Source of the DNA: Rosistilla oblonga
GTDB taxonomy: Bacteria > Planctomycetota > Planctomycetia > Pirellulales > Pirellulaceae
Direction of reading: 5' to 3'
Assembly (NCBI RefSeq): GCF_007751715.1
Contig: NZ_CP036292.1
Span: forward strand, 3,849,339 to 3,913,338
DNA: 64,000 nt
Shown here: positions 20,559-30,937 of the stretch, one piece after another
How positions within the stretch are numbered: position 1 is the stretch's first letter
Layout: each line of letters starts with the position of its first letter
Translations under genes and position numbers: made by a program
Notes under the pieces: model-generated
The model's database searches: none
Told to the model about the DNA's origin: nothing
What the model saw: only the letters and a program-made list of their open reading frames with translations

Positions 20559-21542
20559 CTAGCGGATTTGGTAGCCCGGAACCGCCGTTTGAATGCTCCA
20601 TAAACTGCCACCAGCGGTTACGAACAGCGTCTTACCGTCTTCGCCGCCAAAGCCACAGTTGGTTGTTTCATCGCGTGGGATCGCCACGAAATCGATCAGC
20701 TTTCCCGCCGCCGAAAAAACATAGATCCCAGCGGTGGGCGGATCGGCAGTCTCCTGCGGCAGATGCGGCTTGTTCAATCCCGCAGCGACATATAAACGTC
20801 CCAGCTGGTCCAATTTCATGCCGTCGGGACCACGCGTCGTCTTCCAATCGTGGATCAACGTCTGACTGGCTAGATCGGGCATCCCGTCGCCATCGAGCGC
20901 GAACCGCCACAACTTACGAGCGCCGCCGAGCGAGTTATTGTTGTCGGCGACAAACAGATACTTGTCGTCGGGAGTCACGATCAAACCGTTGGGGCGATCG
21001 ACCTCGTGCCCGATGATCCTGACAACGCTGCCATCGGGATCGATCCGGTAGACCCCTTCGATCTCTCGCCCGTCGCGATCGCGGAGCTCCATTCCACTTC
21101 GCTTTCCGTATTGCGGGTCGGTGAAATAAATCCGGTTCTTCGAATCGATCGTCAGGTCGTTCGGCTGGTTGTAACGCTGCCCCTCGTACGATTTGGTCAA
21201 CACCGTCGCGGTACCATCGGGATCGATCCGCGTGATCTGTCGGCGGACATTATCGCAAACGACCAATCGCCCGCGACGATCGAACAACAGCCCGTTGGTC
21301 CCCGCACCTTCGCGATAGATCAACGTCTTGCCCGACAGATCGCGGCGGTTGATGTTCCCTTCCCCACTGGTCAACAGTCCCAGCTTCGGATGCCAGACTG
21401 GCCCCTCCCCCGCACCATGCTCTTGCAGCATCTTCGGCTCGCTAAGGAAGACAGCTTCCTCTGCAGCAACGTCGGTGACTGAAGCGATCAACAACAGACT
21501 CGCCAGCGCGAGCAAACGGTGGAGTCGATGAACTGTCAGCAC
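20559..21542 (-). CDS. SMP-30/gluconolactonase/LRE-like secreted beta-propeller protein
   Basis: The signal peptide is 'MLTVHRLHRLLALASLLLIASV'. Repeated propeller blades are present, e.g. 'NGLLFDRRGRLVVCDNVRRQITRIDPDGT', 'PNDLTIDSKNRIYFTDP', 'PNGLIVTPDDKYLFVADN'. Confidence 0.8.
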   Translation of the reverse strand: MLTVHRLHRLLALASLLLIASVTDVAAEEAVFLSEPKMLQEHGAGEGPVWHPKLGLLTSGEGNINRRDLSGKTLIYREGAGTNGLLFDRRGRLVVCDNVRRQITRIDPDGTATVLTKSYEGQRYNQPNDLTIDSKNRIYFTDPQYGKRSGMELRDRDGREIEGVYRIDPDGSVVRIIGHEVDRPNGLIVTPDDKYLFVADNNNSLGGARKLWRFALDGDGMPDLASQTLIHDWKTTRGPDGMKLDQLGRLYVAAGLNKPHLPQETADPPTAGIYVFSAAGKLIDFVAIPRDETTNCGFGGEDGKTLFVTAGGSLWSIQTAVPGYQIR

Positions 21543-21586
21543 GTGATTCGCATTCCAGGGGCAGAAGGTTGGTTACACGAGTCGCT

Positions 21587-21838
21587 CTAATTCGCTGGGC
21601 CTAAAACGGCGCGAATTTTCATCCCATCGTCGCTGATCGCAAACGCTTTTTCTTCATCCTGTTCGACCACCTGCAGAACATGTTCGCGGGTGATCGATTT
21701 GCCTGCAGCGTTGGCGTTCTGGACCAGTTTATCGATCTCCACCCAACCGTAGGGTTCCAACTGGATACCGATGGCCTCGGGATGGTGTCGAAGAACGAAG
21801 GTGAGATATTTGCAGATTTTGGTAAGTCGTTTATTCAT
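21587..21838 (-). pseudogene. kptA: Truncated RNA 2'-phosphotransferase (Tpt1/KptA) N-terminal fragment
   Basis: 'LTKICKYLTFVLRHHPEAIGIQLEPYGWVEIDKLV' matches the conserved Tpt1 N-terminal winged-helix region. The ORF stops after 83 aa, just before the start of the downstream gluconolactonase gene. The catalytic C-terminal half is absent. Confidence 0.5.
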
Positions 21839-21908
21839 CCCGGCAGTGTAACCAAACGAGAGGATTTGAAGCAGGCCCTGCTAGTGTTCCGCCGCGGCGA
21901 AGCGCCGT

Positions 21909-23324
21909 TTAGCACAGCTTGCCGATCGCGTGGACCTCGAAACCGATTTCGGTCAGGTTGCGATGTTGCAACAGATTCCGGCCATCGAACAAAAACGCGG
22001 GCTTCTGCATCGCTCCGTAGACCTTCTGGAAATCGAGCTCTTTGAACTCGTCCCATTCGGTCAGCAGCGCGACGCCGTGAGCTCCCTCGGCCGCAGCCAG
22101 AGCGCTGTCGGCGACCGTGACGTTTTCGTCGATCAGCTTTTCAAAATCGCCGCCATAGCGAGCCGGATCGTTTTGCATCACGTAAGCCAATTCGGTTTTG
22201 ATCTGTTCGATGCCGACCTTCGGATCGTAGATCGTCAACTGAGCTCGCTCTTCCAACAGGTCGCGACAAACGTAGATCGCGGCGCTCTCGCGGGTATCGT
22301 TGGTATCTTTCTTAAACGCAAATCCCCAGACCGCGATCCGCTTGTTGCTGACGGTGTTGAACATCGTCTTGACGATCCGCCGCGTGAACCGCTGCTTTTG
22401 GTAGTCGTTCATCTGCACGACCTGCTCCCAATACGCAGCGACTTCGGGCAAGCCAAAGTGTTCGCACAGATAGACCAAGTTCAAGATGTCCTTTTGGAAG
22501 CAGGAGCCGCCAAAGCCGACGGAGGCTTTCAAGAACTTGGGACCGATCCGCGAATCGGTTCCGATCGCCGAAGCGACCTCGTCGACATCGGCTTCAGTCG
22601 CTTCGCACAGCGCGCTGATCGCGTTGATGCTGCTGACGCGCTGAGCCAGGAAGGCGTTGGCGGTCAGTTTCGACAGCTCGCTGCTCCACAGATTCGTCGT
22701 CAAAATCTGTTCCCGCGGAACCCAGCGACCGTAGACATCGACAAGGGTTTGAACCGCGTCGCGCGATTCGCCACCGATCAAGACGCGGTCGGGAGCCAAC
22801 AGATCTTCAACAGCCGTTCCCTCGGCGAGGAACTCGGGATTGCTGAGCACATCAAACGAAACGCCCGGCCGCGCCGATGAAGCGAGAATTCGCTTGACCG
22901 CCTCGGCGGTTCGCACTGGCAGCGTCGACTTTTCGACGATGATCTTATGACCGCTATCGGAATGCTCGGCGATCATTCGTGCACAGCGTTCGACAAACTC
23001 CAGGTTCGCAGCCCGTCCCGCCCCGATACCGTAGGTCTTCGTCGGCGTGTTGACGCTGATAAAGATCATCTTAGCGTCGCGGATGCTGTCGGCGACGTTG
23101 GTCGAGAAAAACAGATTGCGGCCCCGCGCCTCTTCGACCACCTCTTGCAGACCGGGTTCGTAGATCGGCAGCTTGTCGCTGTTCCAAGCATCGATCCGAG
23201 CCTGGTTGATGTCGACAACAGTCACGCGGATGTCCGGGCATTGTTTGGCGATCATCGCCATCGTAGGACCACCGACGTACCCAGCGCCGATGCAACAAAT
23301 ACTCAGTTTTTCAGCCGCACTCAT
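21909..23324 (-). CDS. ugd: UDP-glucose 6-dehydrogenase
   Basis: The Rossmann motif is '[18 protein letters not shown]'. The catalytic Cys region is '[19 protein letters not shown]'. A C-terminal UDP-binding domain is present. Length is 471 aa. Confidence 0.92.
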   Translation of the reverse strand: MSAAEKLSICCIGAGYVGGPTMAMIAKQCPDIRVTVVDINQARIDAWNSDKLPIYEPGLQEVVEEARGRNLFFSTNVADSIRDAKMIFISVNTPTKTYGIGAGRAANLEFVERCARMIAEHSDSGHKIIVEKSTLPVRTAEAVKRILASSARPGVSFDVLSNPEFLAEGTAVEDLLAPDRVLIGGESRDAVQTLVDVYGRWVPREQILTTNLWSSELSKLTANAFLAQRVSSINAISALCEATEADVDEVASAIGTDSRIGPKFLKASVGFGGSCFQKDILNLVYLCEHFGLPEVAAYWEQVVQMNDYQKQRFTRRIVKTMFNTVSNKRIAVWGFAFKKDTNDTRESAAIYVCRDLLEERAQLTIYDPKVGIEQIKTELAYVMQNDPARYGGDFEKLIDENVTVADSALAAAEGAHGVALLTEWDEFKELDFQKVYGAMQKPAFLFDGRNLLQHRNLTEIGFEVHAIGKLC

Positions 23325-23981
23325 GAGGAAATCCCAACTCGTTAACGCAATGTGTTTTGAAAAAGGTTTGGTGTCCGATGGTTCGCTCGCAGCCCTCGCC
23401 CCGCAAAGGCTCGCCGCGGTTGCTATCGCCGACCGGGTAGCGTGAACGCGTTATATGTTATTTGATCACTTCTCGCGATCCACCGCTTTCCTACGTGAAG
23501 CCGTTGCAGCCGATCGGGCTGCACGGCTTGATCCGTTTGTACCCCACCAACATTTAGCGCAAGCTGCCCCGACGCCGCTGAAGCCTTCGCCAGCCGATGG
23601 CGCTGAAAACTGCTACCGCAGCGGGCTGATGCTGCCCGATTTCGCGGCAAACATCGCACAACATTAGGGTTGCCAATCGGAACTGCACAGAAATTGCGTG
23701 CATCCACCCGACGTCTATTACGCGACATTTCTCGAGGTTTCGGGAAACATTCCGCAGAAGCACTCTTCGAGCCTGTGGAAACGTTGTTTGAAACAAGACG
23801 GATGGCATGTCATTTGCGACGCGATCGAAAGCGAGAACGCCCCCCCAGCTGTCTTACAAATTTCCAAGATCTTCGTGGACAGCCTGTTGCGAAAGCGATA
23901 GATTGGGTTAACAGCTCGCCCCCCACCTTGCCAGCCTTTGTGGTTTTCCGTCACCACTCCCACCTCAAGCTGCGACAAAAT

Positions 23982-26225
23982 ATGACACACCGCGATCTCG
24001 ATCGTTTGCGACGAACCGTCACACGATGCTGTTTCGCCCTGCTCGCTCCGCTGGTTCTGTTCGGGAACGTTCATGCTGTTGAGTCCGAACCGACAGTCAG
24101 CTTCATCAACGATGTCGTCCCCGTGTTGACCAAGTCGGGCTGCAACACCGGCGTCTGCCACGCGAAAGCTGGCGGCGGGCAGAACGGTTTCCAGTTGTCG
24201 CTGTTCGGTTTTGAGCCGCAGGAAGATTACGACCACCTGGTGCTCGAAGGCCGCGGTCGTCGCCTGTTCCCGACCGATCCCGAACGCAGTCTGTTGCTAG
24301 TCAAAGCTGTCGGAGAGGTTCCCCACGGCGGCGGTGTTCGCTTGGACCCAAAATCCGAAGGCTACGCCACGTTGCGGCGCTGGATCGCTCAAGGAGCTCC
24401 AAATTCAACCGGTGCCGAACCGACGCTCACGTCGATCGAAGTCCTGCCGGGGCACGAAACGGTCGCCGCCGGATCGCAGCAACAACTCAAATCGATAGCC
24501 CACTATTCCGACGGCAGCAGCCGCGACGTGACGGAACTGGCCGTCTACGAATGCAACGATCGCGCGATGGCCGAAGTCAGCGAGACCGGGTTGGTGCGGA
24601 CCGAATCAATACCAGGCAAAGTTGCCGTGATGGTTCGCTACCAAGGTCAGGTCGCTGTCTTTAACGGCTCGATCCCGCTTGGGGCTCCAGTTCCCCAGCT
24701 GCCCGAATCGCGTAACTTCATCGACGACTTCGTCTTCGGCAATCTGAAGACGCTCGGCATTCCGCCATCTCCGGTTTGCGACGACGCCACGTTTATCCGC
24801 CGCGTCTCGTTGGATATCGCCGGTCGCTTGCCAACCGACGAGGAATCGCGAGCCTTCCTGGCAAACGAAGCTGCCGACAAACGCGATCAACTGATCGACG
24901 ATCTGCTGCAGAGTCCCGACTACGCCGACTACTTCGCGAACAAATGGACCTCGCTGCTGAAGAACCGCCGCGACGGTGCCAGCGATATCACTTCGAACTT
25001 CGCATTCCACGCCTGGATTCGCGACAGCCTGCTGGCCAACACGCCCTACGATCAACTCGCTCGCGAACTGCTGGCGGCAACCGGTACGATTATCGCCAAC
25101 CCACCGGTCGCTTGGTACAAGCGAGTCAAACAACCCCAGGAACAGATCGAGGACGTCGCCCAGTTGTTCCTTGGCGTTCGGATGCAATGCGCCCAGTGCC
25201 ATCACCATCCGTTTGAACGCTGGAGCCAAGACGACTATTACGGCTTGGCCGCCTTCTTCAGCCAAGTCGGCCGCAAACCGACCGACACCCGCGGCGAGGA
25301 TCTGATCTTCCATAAGCGAGGCATCGCCGGATCGAAGAACATCAAAACCGGAATGACAGTTCGCCCCGCCGCTTTGGGCGACGACGTTGGCGAGATCCCC
25401 GCCGACGAGGACCCACGGTTACGCTTGGCGAATTGGATGAGTCGCCCCGAGAATCCGTTTTTCGCCAAAGCGTTGGTCAATCGCTACTGGAAGCACTTCT
25501 TCGCCCGCGGCTTGATCGAACCTGAAGACGACATTCGCGACACGAACCCGCCGACCAATCCGGAGCTGTTGGCCGCGCTGGAAGAGAATTTCCTCAGCAG
25601 CGGATTCGACCTGAAACAACTGGTTCGCACGATCACGCAATCCAACGCGTATCAACTGTCCGCGACGCCGAACGAACACAATCTCGCCGATCGCCAAAAC
25701 TACTCCCGCTTCTACCCGCGGCGGATGCAAGCCGAAGTGATGCTCGATTCGATCGACCAATTCACCGGCGCGACGACTTCGTTTGCCAATCTCCCCGCCG
25801 GGACCCGCGCGATCGCATTGCCTGACAATAGCTACAACCGGGCCTCGCCGTTCCTGAAGGTCTTCGGTCGTCCCGAGAGTAGCAGCGTTTGCGAGTGCGA
25901 ACGCGTTCAATCAGCTTCGCTGGCGCAGAGTCTGCATCTGTTAAACGCTGCCGACATCAAAGGCAAGCTCGCGACCGCCAACGGCCGCGCCGACCGGTTG
26001 TCCAAAGCGGACGCTTCCGATACGGAAAAGATCACCGAACTCTATCTCGCTGCCTTCGCTCGCCCGCCCCGCGAGGAAGAGCTTCAAATCGCACTTGACT
26101 ATCTAGCCCAACCGTCGGTCGACGCCGACGGCAAGCCAATCGACGCCAAGGTCGCCGCCCGGAACAATTACCAAGATCTGGTTTGGGCATTGATCAACAC
26201 CAAAGAATTTTTGTTCAACCACTAA
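23982..26225 (+). CDS. Planctomycete cytochrome-c-like (PSCyt1) / Big_2 / DUF1549 / DUF1553 domain protein. The ORF is open from 23670.
   Basis: The signal peptide 'MTHRDLDRLRRTVTRCCFALLAPLVLFGNVHA' is followed by 'LTKSGCNTGVCHAKAGGGQNGFQLSLFG' (PSCyt). A Big_2-like segment follows. The DUF1549 motif is 'VSLDIAGRLPTDEESRAFL', and the DUF1553 region includes 'QCAQCHHHPFERW'. Confidence 0.85.
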   Translation: MTHRDLDRLRRTVTRCCFALLAPLVLFGNVHAVESEPTVSFINDVVPVLTKSGCNTGVCHAKAGGGQNGFQLSLFGFEPQEDYDHLVLEGRGRRLFPTDPERSLLLVKAVGEVPHGGGVRLDPKSEGYATLRRWIAQGAPNSTGAEPTLTSIEVLPGHETVAAGSQQQLKSIAHYSDGSSRDVTELAVYECNDRAMAEVSETGLVRTESIPGKVAVMVRYQGQVAVFNGSIPLGAPVPQLPESRNFIDDFVFGNLKTLGIPPSPVCDDATFIRRVSLDIAGRLPTDEESRAFLANEAADKRDQLIDDLLQSPDYADYFANKWTSLLKNRRDGASDITSNFAFHAWIRDSLLANTPYDQLARELLAATGTIIANPPVAWYKRVKQPQEQIEDVAQLFLGVRMQCAQCHHHPFERWSQDDYYGLAAFFSQVGRKPTDTRGEDLIFHKRGIAGSKNIKTGMTVRPAALGDDVGEIPADEDPRLRLANWMSRPENPFFAKALVNRYWKHFFARGLIEPEDDIRDTNPPTNPELLAALEENFLSSGFDLKQLVRTITQSNAYQLSATPNEHNLADRQNYSRFYPRRMQAEVMLDSIDQFTGATTSFANLPAGTRAIALPDNSYNRASPFLKVFGRPESSSVCECERVQSASLAQSLHLLNAADIKGKLATANGRADRLSKADASDTEKITELYLAAFARPPREEELQIALDYLAQPSVDADGKPIDAKVAARNNYQDLVWALINTKEFLFNH

Positions 26226-26238
26226 ACGGAAGCACAAA

Positions 26239-28485
26239 ATGCTGAAGAAATTTGCGATCGCCTCGGCATTGATCGCCGTCGTCACCTCGACCTCGATGGC
26301 CCAATCGGTCTGTCTGCCCGCGCCGCGTCTGTTGACCACGATGCCGATGGGGGGCCAAGTTGGCAGCGAGTTCGATGTTGCGATCACCGGCCAAACGATC
26401 GAGAACACCGATCAATTGTTGTTCTCCAGCCCGAAGATCACCGCGACACCCAAGCTGGACGCGTCTGGCAAACCGGTCGCCAATCAGTTTGTCGTTTCGA
26501 TTGCCGCCGATTGCCCTCCGGGAATCCATACAGCGAGGGTGATGTCCCGTTTGGGAATCTCGTCAGCTCGCGTCTTCACCGTCAGTGATCTCCCCGAAGT
26601 CACGCAGACCAAACCGAGTGCATCGGTCGAAACAGCGATGCCGATCGAAATCAACAGCATCTGCAACGCAACTCTTCCCGTCCGTGCAGCGAACCACTAT
26701 TCGTTCTCCGCGAAGAAGGGTCAGCGATTAGTCGTCGATTGCGCGGCCCCGGGGATCGATTCGAAAATGAATCCCGTTCTAATCTTGGCCGACGCCCAGG
26801 GACGCGACATGTTAGTCGAACGACGTGGCGGTGCCCTGGATTACACCGTCCCAGCCGATGGCGACTACATGGTCAAAGTCCATGACCTGACCTTCAAGGG
26901 AGGAGCGGAATGCTTCTACCGACTGGCGGTTCAAGAAGTCCCCGCCGACGCGCCACTTGCACGCCTGCCCAGCACTCGCGGCGTCGGCAGTTTTTCCTGG
27001 CCGCCAACTGGACTGGCCGCCGAAGCGTCAGCATCGGAGACCGAACCAAACAACGATCGCGAAACGGTTCAAGCGATCACGCTGCCGTGCGACATCGCGG
27101 GCAGTTTCTTCCCCGCGGCCGATGTCGATGCCTTCGAATTCACCGCCCAAAAGGGAGAGGACTGGTGGGTCGAAGTCGCTTCGGAACGACTCGGTCGCCC
27201 CACCGATGCTTCGATCATCGTTCAACAGGTGATCGGCGAAGGAGCCGATGAAAAGCTAGTCGATCTGGTCGAACTGTCCGATATCGCCAGTCCGATCAAA
27301 CGCTCCAGCAACGCCTACGCCTACGACGGCCCGCCCTACAATGCCGGTTCGACCGACATCCTTGGCAAGATGGAGATCAAAGAGGACGGAAAGTATCGTC
27401 TGCAGATCACCGATCTGTTTGGCGGAACGCGAAACGATCCCAACAACGTCTATCGATTGGTCATCCGGCAAGCGGAGCCCGATTTCGCTGTCGTCGCTTG
27501 GCCACTGCACATGGTCCTGCGGAACGGTGACCGCAACGCACTCTCCAAACCGCTAGCGCTCCGCGGTGGATCGACCGTCGCGTTGGAAGTGGTCGCCGTG
27601 CGACGCGACGGCTTCAACGGTGAGATCGAATTGACTCTGGAAAATCTCCCCGACGGTGTCACCACCGCCGGCCTGAAGATTCCCGCTGGCAAGGCGCGTG
27701 GTCTGATGCTGGTCACCGCGCATCAAGACGCGCCACGTGGCCTTACGATGGCGAAGTTCACCGCGACGGCAACCATAGGCGACAAACCGGTTACGCATCC
27801 GTGCCACGTCGCATCGGTCGCGTGGCCTGTGACTAACGCCTGGTCGGAAATCCCCGCTCCACGATTGTTAGCCGATATCCCCGTCTCGGTTGGCGGATCG
27901 GAGTTTGCCGCAATCACGATCGCTCCGACCGAAGAAAAGGTTTGGGAAGCCAAGGCGGGTGAAACGCTGACGATTCCGCTGCAACACGTCCGCCGTGGTG
28001 AATTCTCCGGCACGCTGTTGGGCCTGCGAACGATGGGCGCCGGATTTGAAGGCGTCCCCAAATTCGACCTCAAGCTGAACGAAGACGCCTCCGAAGCAGT
28101 CCTCGATCTGGCCAAGTTGAAGACGCCGCCTGGCGATTACACGATCGCATTCTACGGCAGCGCGGTTGCCAAGCACCGCGACAATCCCGATCGATTGGTC
28201 GCCGCTGAAACCGCCCACGCGCAGGCACAACAAACCGTTAACGACCTAACGGCCGAGGTGACGCGTCTAGCCAACGAAACCGCAACCGCTTCCGCCGCCC
28301 AAAAGGCCGAATCGCAAAAGCTTGCCGATGCGGTGGCGGAGCAAAAGAAAGCTGCCGAAGCAGCCTTGGCCGCCGCAGCAGCGGAGCTTGCGAAAGCAAA
28401 GAAGTCGACGCAGCCAAAAGATATCGCCGATATCGTCATCTCTCAACCGATCTCGATCCGTGTTAGCCCAGGTGAATCCAAATGA
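26239..28485 (+). CDS. Secreted protein with two pre-peptidase C-terminal (PPC)-like beta domains and a C-terminal Ala/Glu/Lys coiled coil. It is the middle gene of a conserved Planctomycete triad.
   Basis: The signal peptide is 'MLKKFAIASALIAVVTSTSMAQ'. PPC-like motifs are 'ETEPNNDRETVQAITLPCDIAGSFFPAADVDAFEFTAQKGEDWWVEV' and 'INSICNATLPVRAANHYSFSAKKGQRLVVD'. The coiled coil is 'AQQTVNDLTAEVTRLANETATASAAQKAESQKLADAVAEQKKAAEAALAAAAAELAKAKK'. Confidence 0.7.
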   Translation: MLKKFAIASALIAVVTSTSMAQSVCLPAPRLLTTMPMGGQVGSEFDVAITGQTIENTDQLLFSSPKITATPKLDASGKPVANQFVVSIAADCPPGIHTARVMSRLGISSARVFTVSDLPEVTQTKPSASVETAMPIEINSICNATLPVRAANHYSFSAKKGQRLVVDCAAPGIDSKMNPVLILADAQGRDMLVERRGGALDYTVPADGDYMVKVHDLTFKGGAECFYRLAVQEVPADAPLARLPSTRGVGSFSWPPTGLAAEASASETEPNNDRETVQAITLPCDIAGSFFPAADVDAFEFTAQKGEDWWVEVASERLGRPTDASIIVQQVIGEGADEKLVDLVELSDIASPIKRSSNAYAYDGPPYNAGSTDILGKMEIKEDGKYRLQITDLFGGTRNDPNNVYRLVIRQAEPDFAVVAWPLHMVLRNGDRNALSKPLALRGGSTVALEVVAVRRDGFNGEIELTLENLPDGVTTAGLKIPAGKARGLMLVTAHQDAPRGLTMAKFTATATIGDKPVTHPCHVASVAWPVTNAWSEIPAPRLLADIPVSVGGSEFAAITIAPTEEKVWEAKAGETLTIPLQHVRRGEFSGTLLGLRTMGAGFEGVPKFDLKLNEDASEAVLDLAKLKTPPGDYTIAFYGSAVAKHRDNPDRLVAAETAHAQAQQTVNDLTAEVTRLANETATASAAQKAESQKLADAVAEQKKAAEAALAAAAAELAKAKKSTQPKDIADIVISQPISIRVSPGESK

Positions 28486-29936
28486 GCAACCCGAAAACAA
28501 AGCCCTCCGAAATGCATTGCAGTGGCCCACGGAACTTTGGCCCCGGCAGCCGCCGCAGTTTCATGCGGTTGGGACTCGCGGGATTCGCCAGCATGAGCCT
28601 GCCCGGAATCATGCGACTGCAAGCGGCCAGCCCGCTGCCCACGCAAACCGCTGACGGCAAAGCGCGAAAAAAGACCGCGGTGATCATGGTCTGGCAGCCA
28701 GGCGGCAACTCGCACATCGACACTTACGATCCCAAGCCGTTGTCGGGCAGCGAATATCGCGGCCCGTTTAACACGATCCCGACCAAAGTTCCCGGGATGC
28801 GGTTCACCGAACTGCTGCCTCGCCAAGCAGCGATCGCCGACAAGTTCACCGTCTTGCGCAGCATGTACCAAGGGGCTGGCGGCCATCCCGCCGGTTCGAT
28901 GCAACTGCTGTCGGGCGATTCGGACACACGCGACAAACCGAAACCGCGGTTGCCCGATTGGATGTCGGTCGCCAATTACCTGCGATCCAAAGAGGGCCCG
29001 CGGACCAATCCGCTGCCCGCGTACGTCGGCGTTAATCCGCCACTCCAATACAACGGACCGGCATACCTGGGCGATGCCTACTCACCTTTTTCGGTCACCG
29101 GCGATCCAAACTCGCCCAAGTTCGTGGTCCCTAACATCGGCCTAACCGACGCCAACCAAGTCGCGCGGCTGGGACGACGAACAACGTTGCGGCAGCAACT
29201 GGATACGCTGGAACGATCGTTCGATCATTTTGGCGAGATGGAAGCGTTGGACGAATTCGAAACCCAGGCGATGACGCTGCTGACCAATCCCAAAACGAAA
29301 GACGCTTTCGATCTCACGCAAGAGGACGATCGCACGCGGGATCGCTACGGCCGCAACGCCTGGGGGCAACAACTGCTGCTCGCTCGCCGTTTAGTCGAAG
29401 CGGGCGTGGAGGTTTTGACGAGCAGTCTCCGCGGACCTCTGTGCGGTCGCGTCAATAACTGGGATGACCACGCGGTCAACCACCATATCTTTGATGCTCT
29501 GCGTTTCCGCGCCGACGCGTACGATCAAGCGGTCACGGCACTGATCGAAGACATCTACGAGCGTGGGCTGGACGAGCGCGTGATGGTCGTTGTCACCGGC
29601 GAATTCGGCCGGACTCCCAAGATCTCGCATCAACCGAGCACCGGTGCCGGAAACGCAAGCGCTCCGTCGGGAACGAAGCAGCCCGGCCGCGACCACTGGC
29701 CGCGCGCCTTCTCCAATATCTGGGCCGGCGGCGGAATCGAAACAGGTCGTTTTATCGGTGCGACCGATAAACGTGGCGAAGATGTTGTCGAGCGGCGTTG
29801 TGGCCCCGGCGACTTTTTGGCAACGATCTACCATCATCTGGGAATCGATTCCAAGAGCGTCTTCATCGAAGACTTTAATGGCCGACCGACACCGATCGTC
29901 GACCATGGTGCTCCGATTCCCGAACTGATGGGATAG
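28482..29936 (+). CDS. DUF1501 domain protein (sulfatase/alkaline-phosphatase-like fold) with a Tat signal
   Basis: The twin-arginine signal is 'SRRSFMRLGLAGFASMSLPGIMRLQAA'. Its start overlaps the upstream stop in an ATGA arrangement. The layout matches the other two DUF1501 genes in this window. Confidence 0.85.
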   Translation: MSNPKTKPSEMHCSGPRNFGPGSRRSFMRLGLAGFASMSLPGIMRLQAASPLPTQTADGKARKKTAVIMVWQPGGNSHIDTYDPKPLSGSEYRGPFNTIPTKVPGMRFTELLPRQAAIADKFTVLRSMYQGAGGHPAGSMQLLSGDSDTRDKPKPRLPDWMSVANYLRSKEGPRTNPLPAYVGVNPPLQYNGPAYLGDAYSPFSVTGDPNSPKFVVPNIGLTDANQVARLGRRTTLRQQLDTLERSFDHFGEMEALDEFETQAMTLLTNPKTKDAFDLTQEDDRTRDRYGRNAWGQQLLLARRLVEAGVEVLTSSLRGPLCGRVNNWDDHAVNHHIFDALRFRADAYDQAVTALIEDIYERGLDERVMVVVTGEFGRTPKISHQPSTGAGNASAPSGTKQPGRDHWPRAFSNIWAGGGIETGRFIGATDKRGEDVVERRCGPGDFLATIYHHLGIDSKSVFIEDFNGRPTPIVDHGAPIPELMG

Positions 29937-29967
29937 TTCAATCCGGCCAATTCGAAACACGATCATG

Positions 29968-30000
29968 CCCCAGGATGTTCTGCGTCCTGGGGCTCTTTCA
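29968..30000 (+). terminator. Putative intrinsic terminator after the DUF1501 gene
   Basis: GC-rich stem ccccagga-(9 nt)-tcctgggg, followed by 'ctctttcattg'. Confidence 0.5.
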
Positions 30001-30274
30001 TTGAATAGGCTAGCGAATCCTGGGGTTTAATGGTCTATGTGATTGGCGTTCAACAGCCGTCCGCTTTCGTTCCCACTTGCCATCCGGACGCTTTCCTCCA
30101 CGCCAATCGAGACCGAAGCGTACACTCCGCTTTACTTGGCTCAATAAAATTTTTTCCATTCTCGCGCCCGCTCCGTTACAACTTCAAGCCTGTTAACCGG
30201 CGGCAGTTTCACCTGTTCCGATCGATTTTGCGATCTATGTTTCCAGGTGCCCCTGCCAGATTTGTGCTGAAGGA

Positions 30275-30937
30275 GTGCTCGCCTTGTGGATTTATTTTGA
30301 ACGTGCAGCGGAGATTATCGCCGCCCAACCGGTGCTACCCGCATCGATTTTGTTGGCTTTCCTTGTCGCCTACTCGATCGTTTCCCTGTTTGGGCTGATC
30401 GATCTCGACATGGACGCCCCCGATTTCGATTTCGACGCCGATTTCGATTTGGGTTCGGCCGGCGGTTTTGGAATGCTCACGTTTCGATGGTTGAATCTAG
30501 CCCAGATTCCAATTGTAATCTGGGGAGGGCTCTTTACACTACTTTGGTGGATCACGTCAGCCGTGTTGTGGGTGACGTGGGATGCTTCCGATTACCAAGC
30601 GAATTGGTGGACCGGCGGGCTGCTGTCAGCTCGTTCGGCCGTAATCGGCGTGGTGCTGACCAAGTTTACGACCGAACCGATGAAGAAGTGGTTCGTGACC
30701 GCGCGATACAACGCGGAGATGTTGCTTGGTCAAGTCTGCCAAATTTGCACCGGCCAAGCCGACACCGACTTTGGCCAGGCTCGATTTAAAACGGACGCGG
30801 CGCCGTTGTTGTTAAACGTTCGCACCGACGGGGTAACTTTGAAAAAGGGTGACCTCGCCACAATTATCGACTTTGATCAAGAACGCCGGATATACACGGT
30901 AACCGCTATCGACGACGAGGTTCAAGCAGATGAGTAG
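30275..30937 (+). CDS. NfeD/YqiJ-like membrane protein, the usual partner of SPFH/flotillin proteins
   Basis: Several N-terminal TM helices are present ('VLPASILLAFLVAYSIVSLFGLI', 'IPIVIWGGLFTLLWWITSAVLWV', 'GGLLSARSAVIGVVL'). The C-terminal soluble beta domain is 'NVRTDGVTLKKGDLATIIDFDQERRIYTV'. The stop overlaps the flotillin start by 8 nt. Confidence 0.7.
   Translation: MLALWIYFERAAEIIAAQPVLPASILLAFLVAYSIVSLFGLIDLDMDAPDFDFDADFDLGSAGGFGMLTFRWLNLAQIPIVIWGGLFTLLWWITSAVLWVTWDASDYQANWWTGGLLSARSAVIGVVLTKFTTEPMKKWFVTARYNAEMLLGQVCQICTGQADTDFGQARFKTDAAPLLLNVRTDGVTLKKGDLATIIDFDQERRIYTVTAIDDEVQADE

Noticed and set aside
23670-23981. Extended 5' part of the ORF at 23670..26225
   Set aside because: The upstream 104 codons are Arg-rich and lack a signal peptide, whereas the internal Met at 23982 is immediately followed by a classic signal peptide. 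It is treated as 5' UTR.
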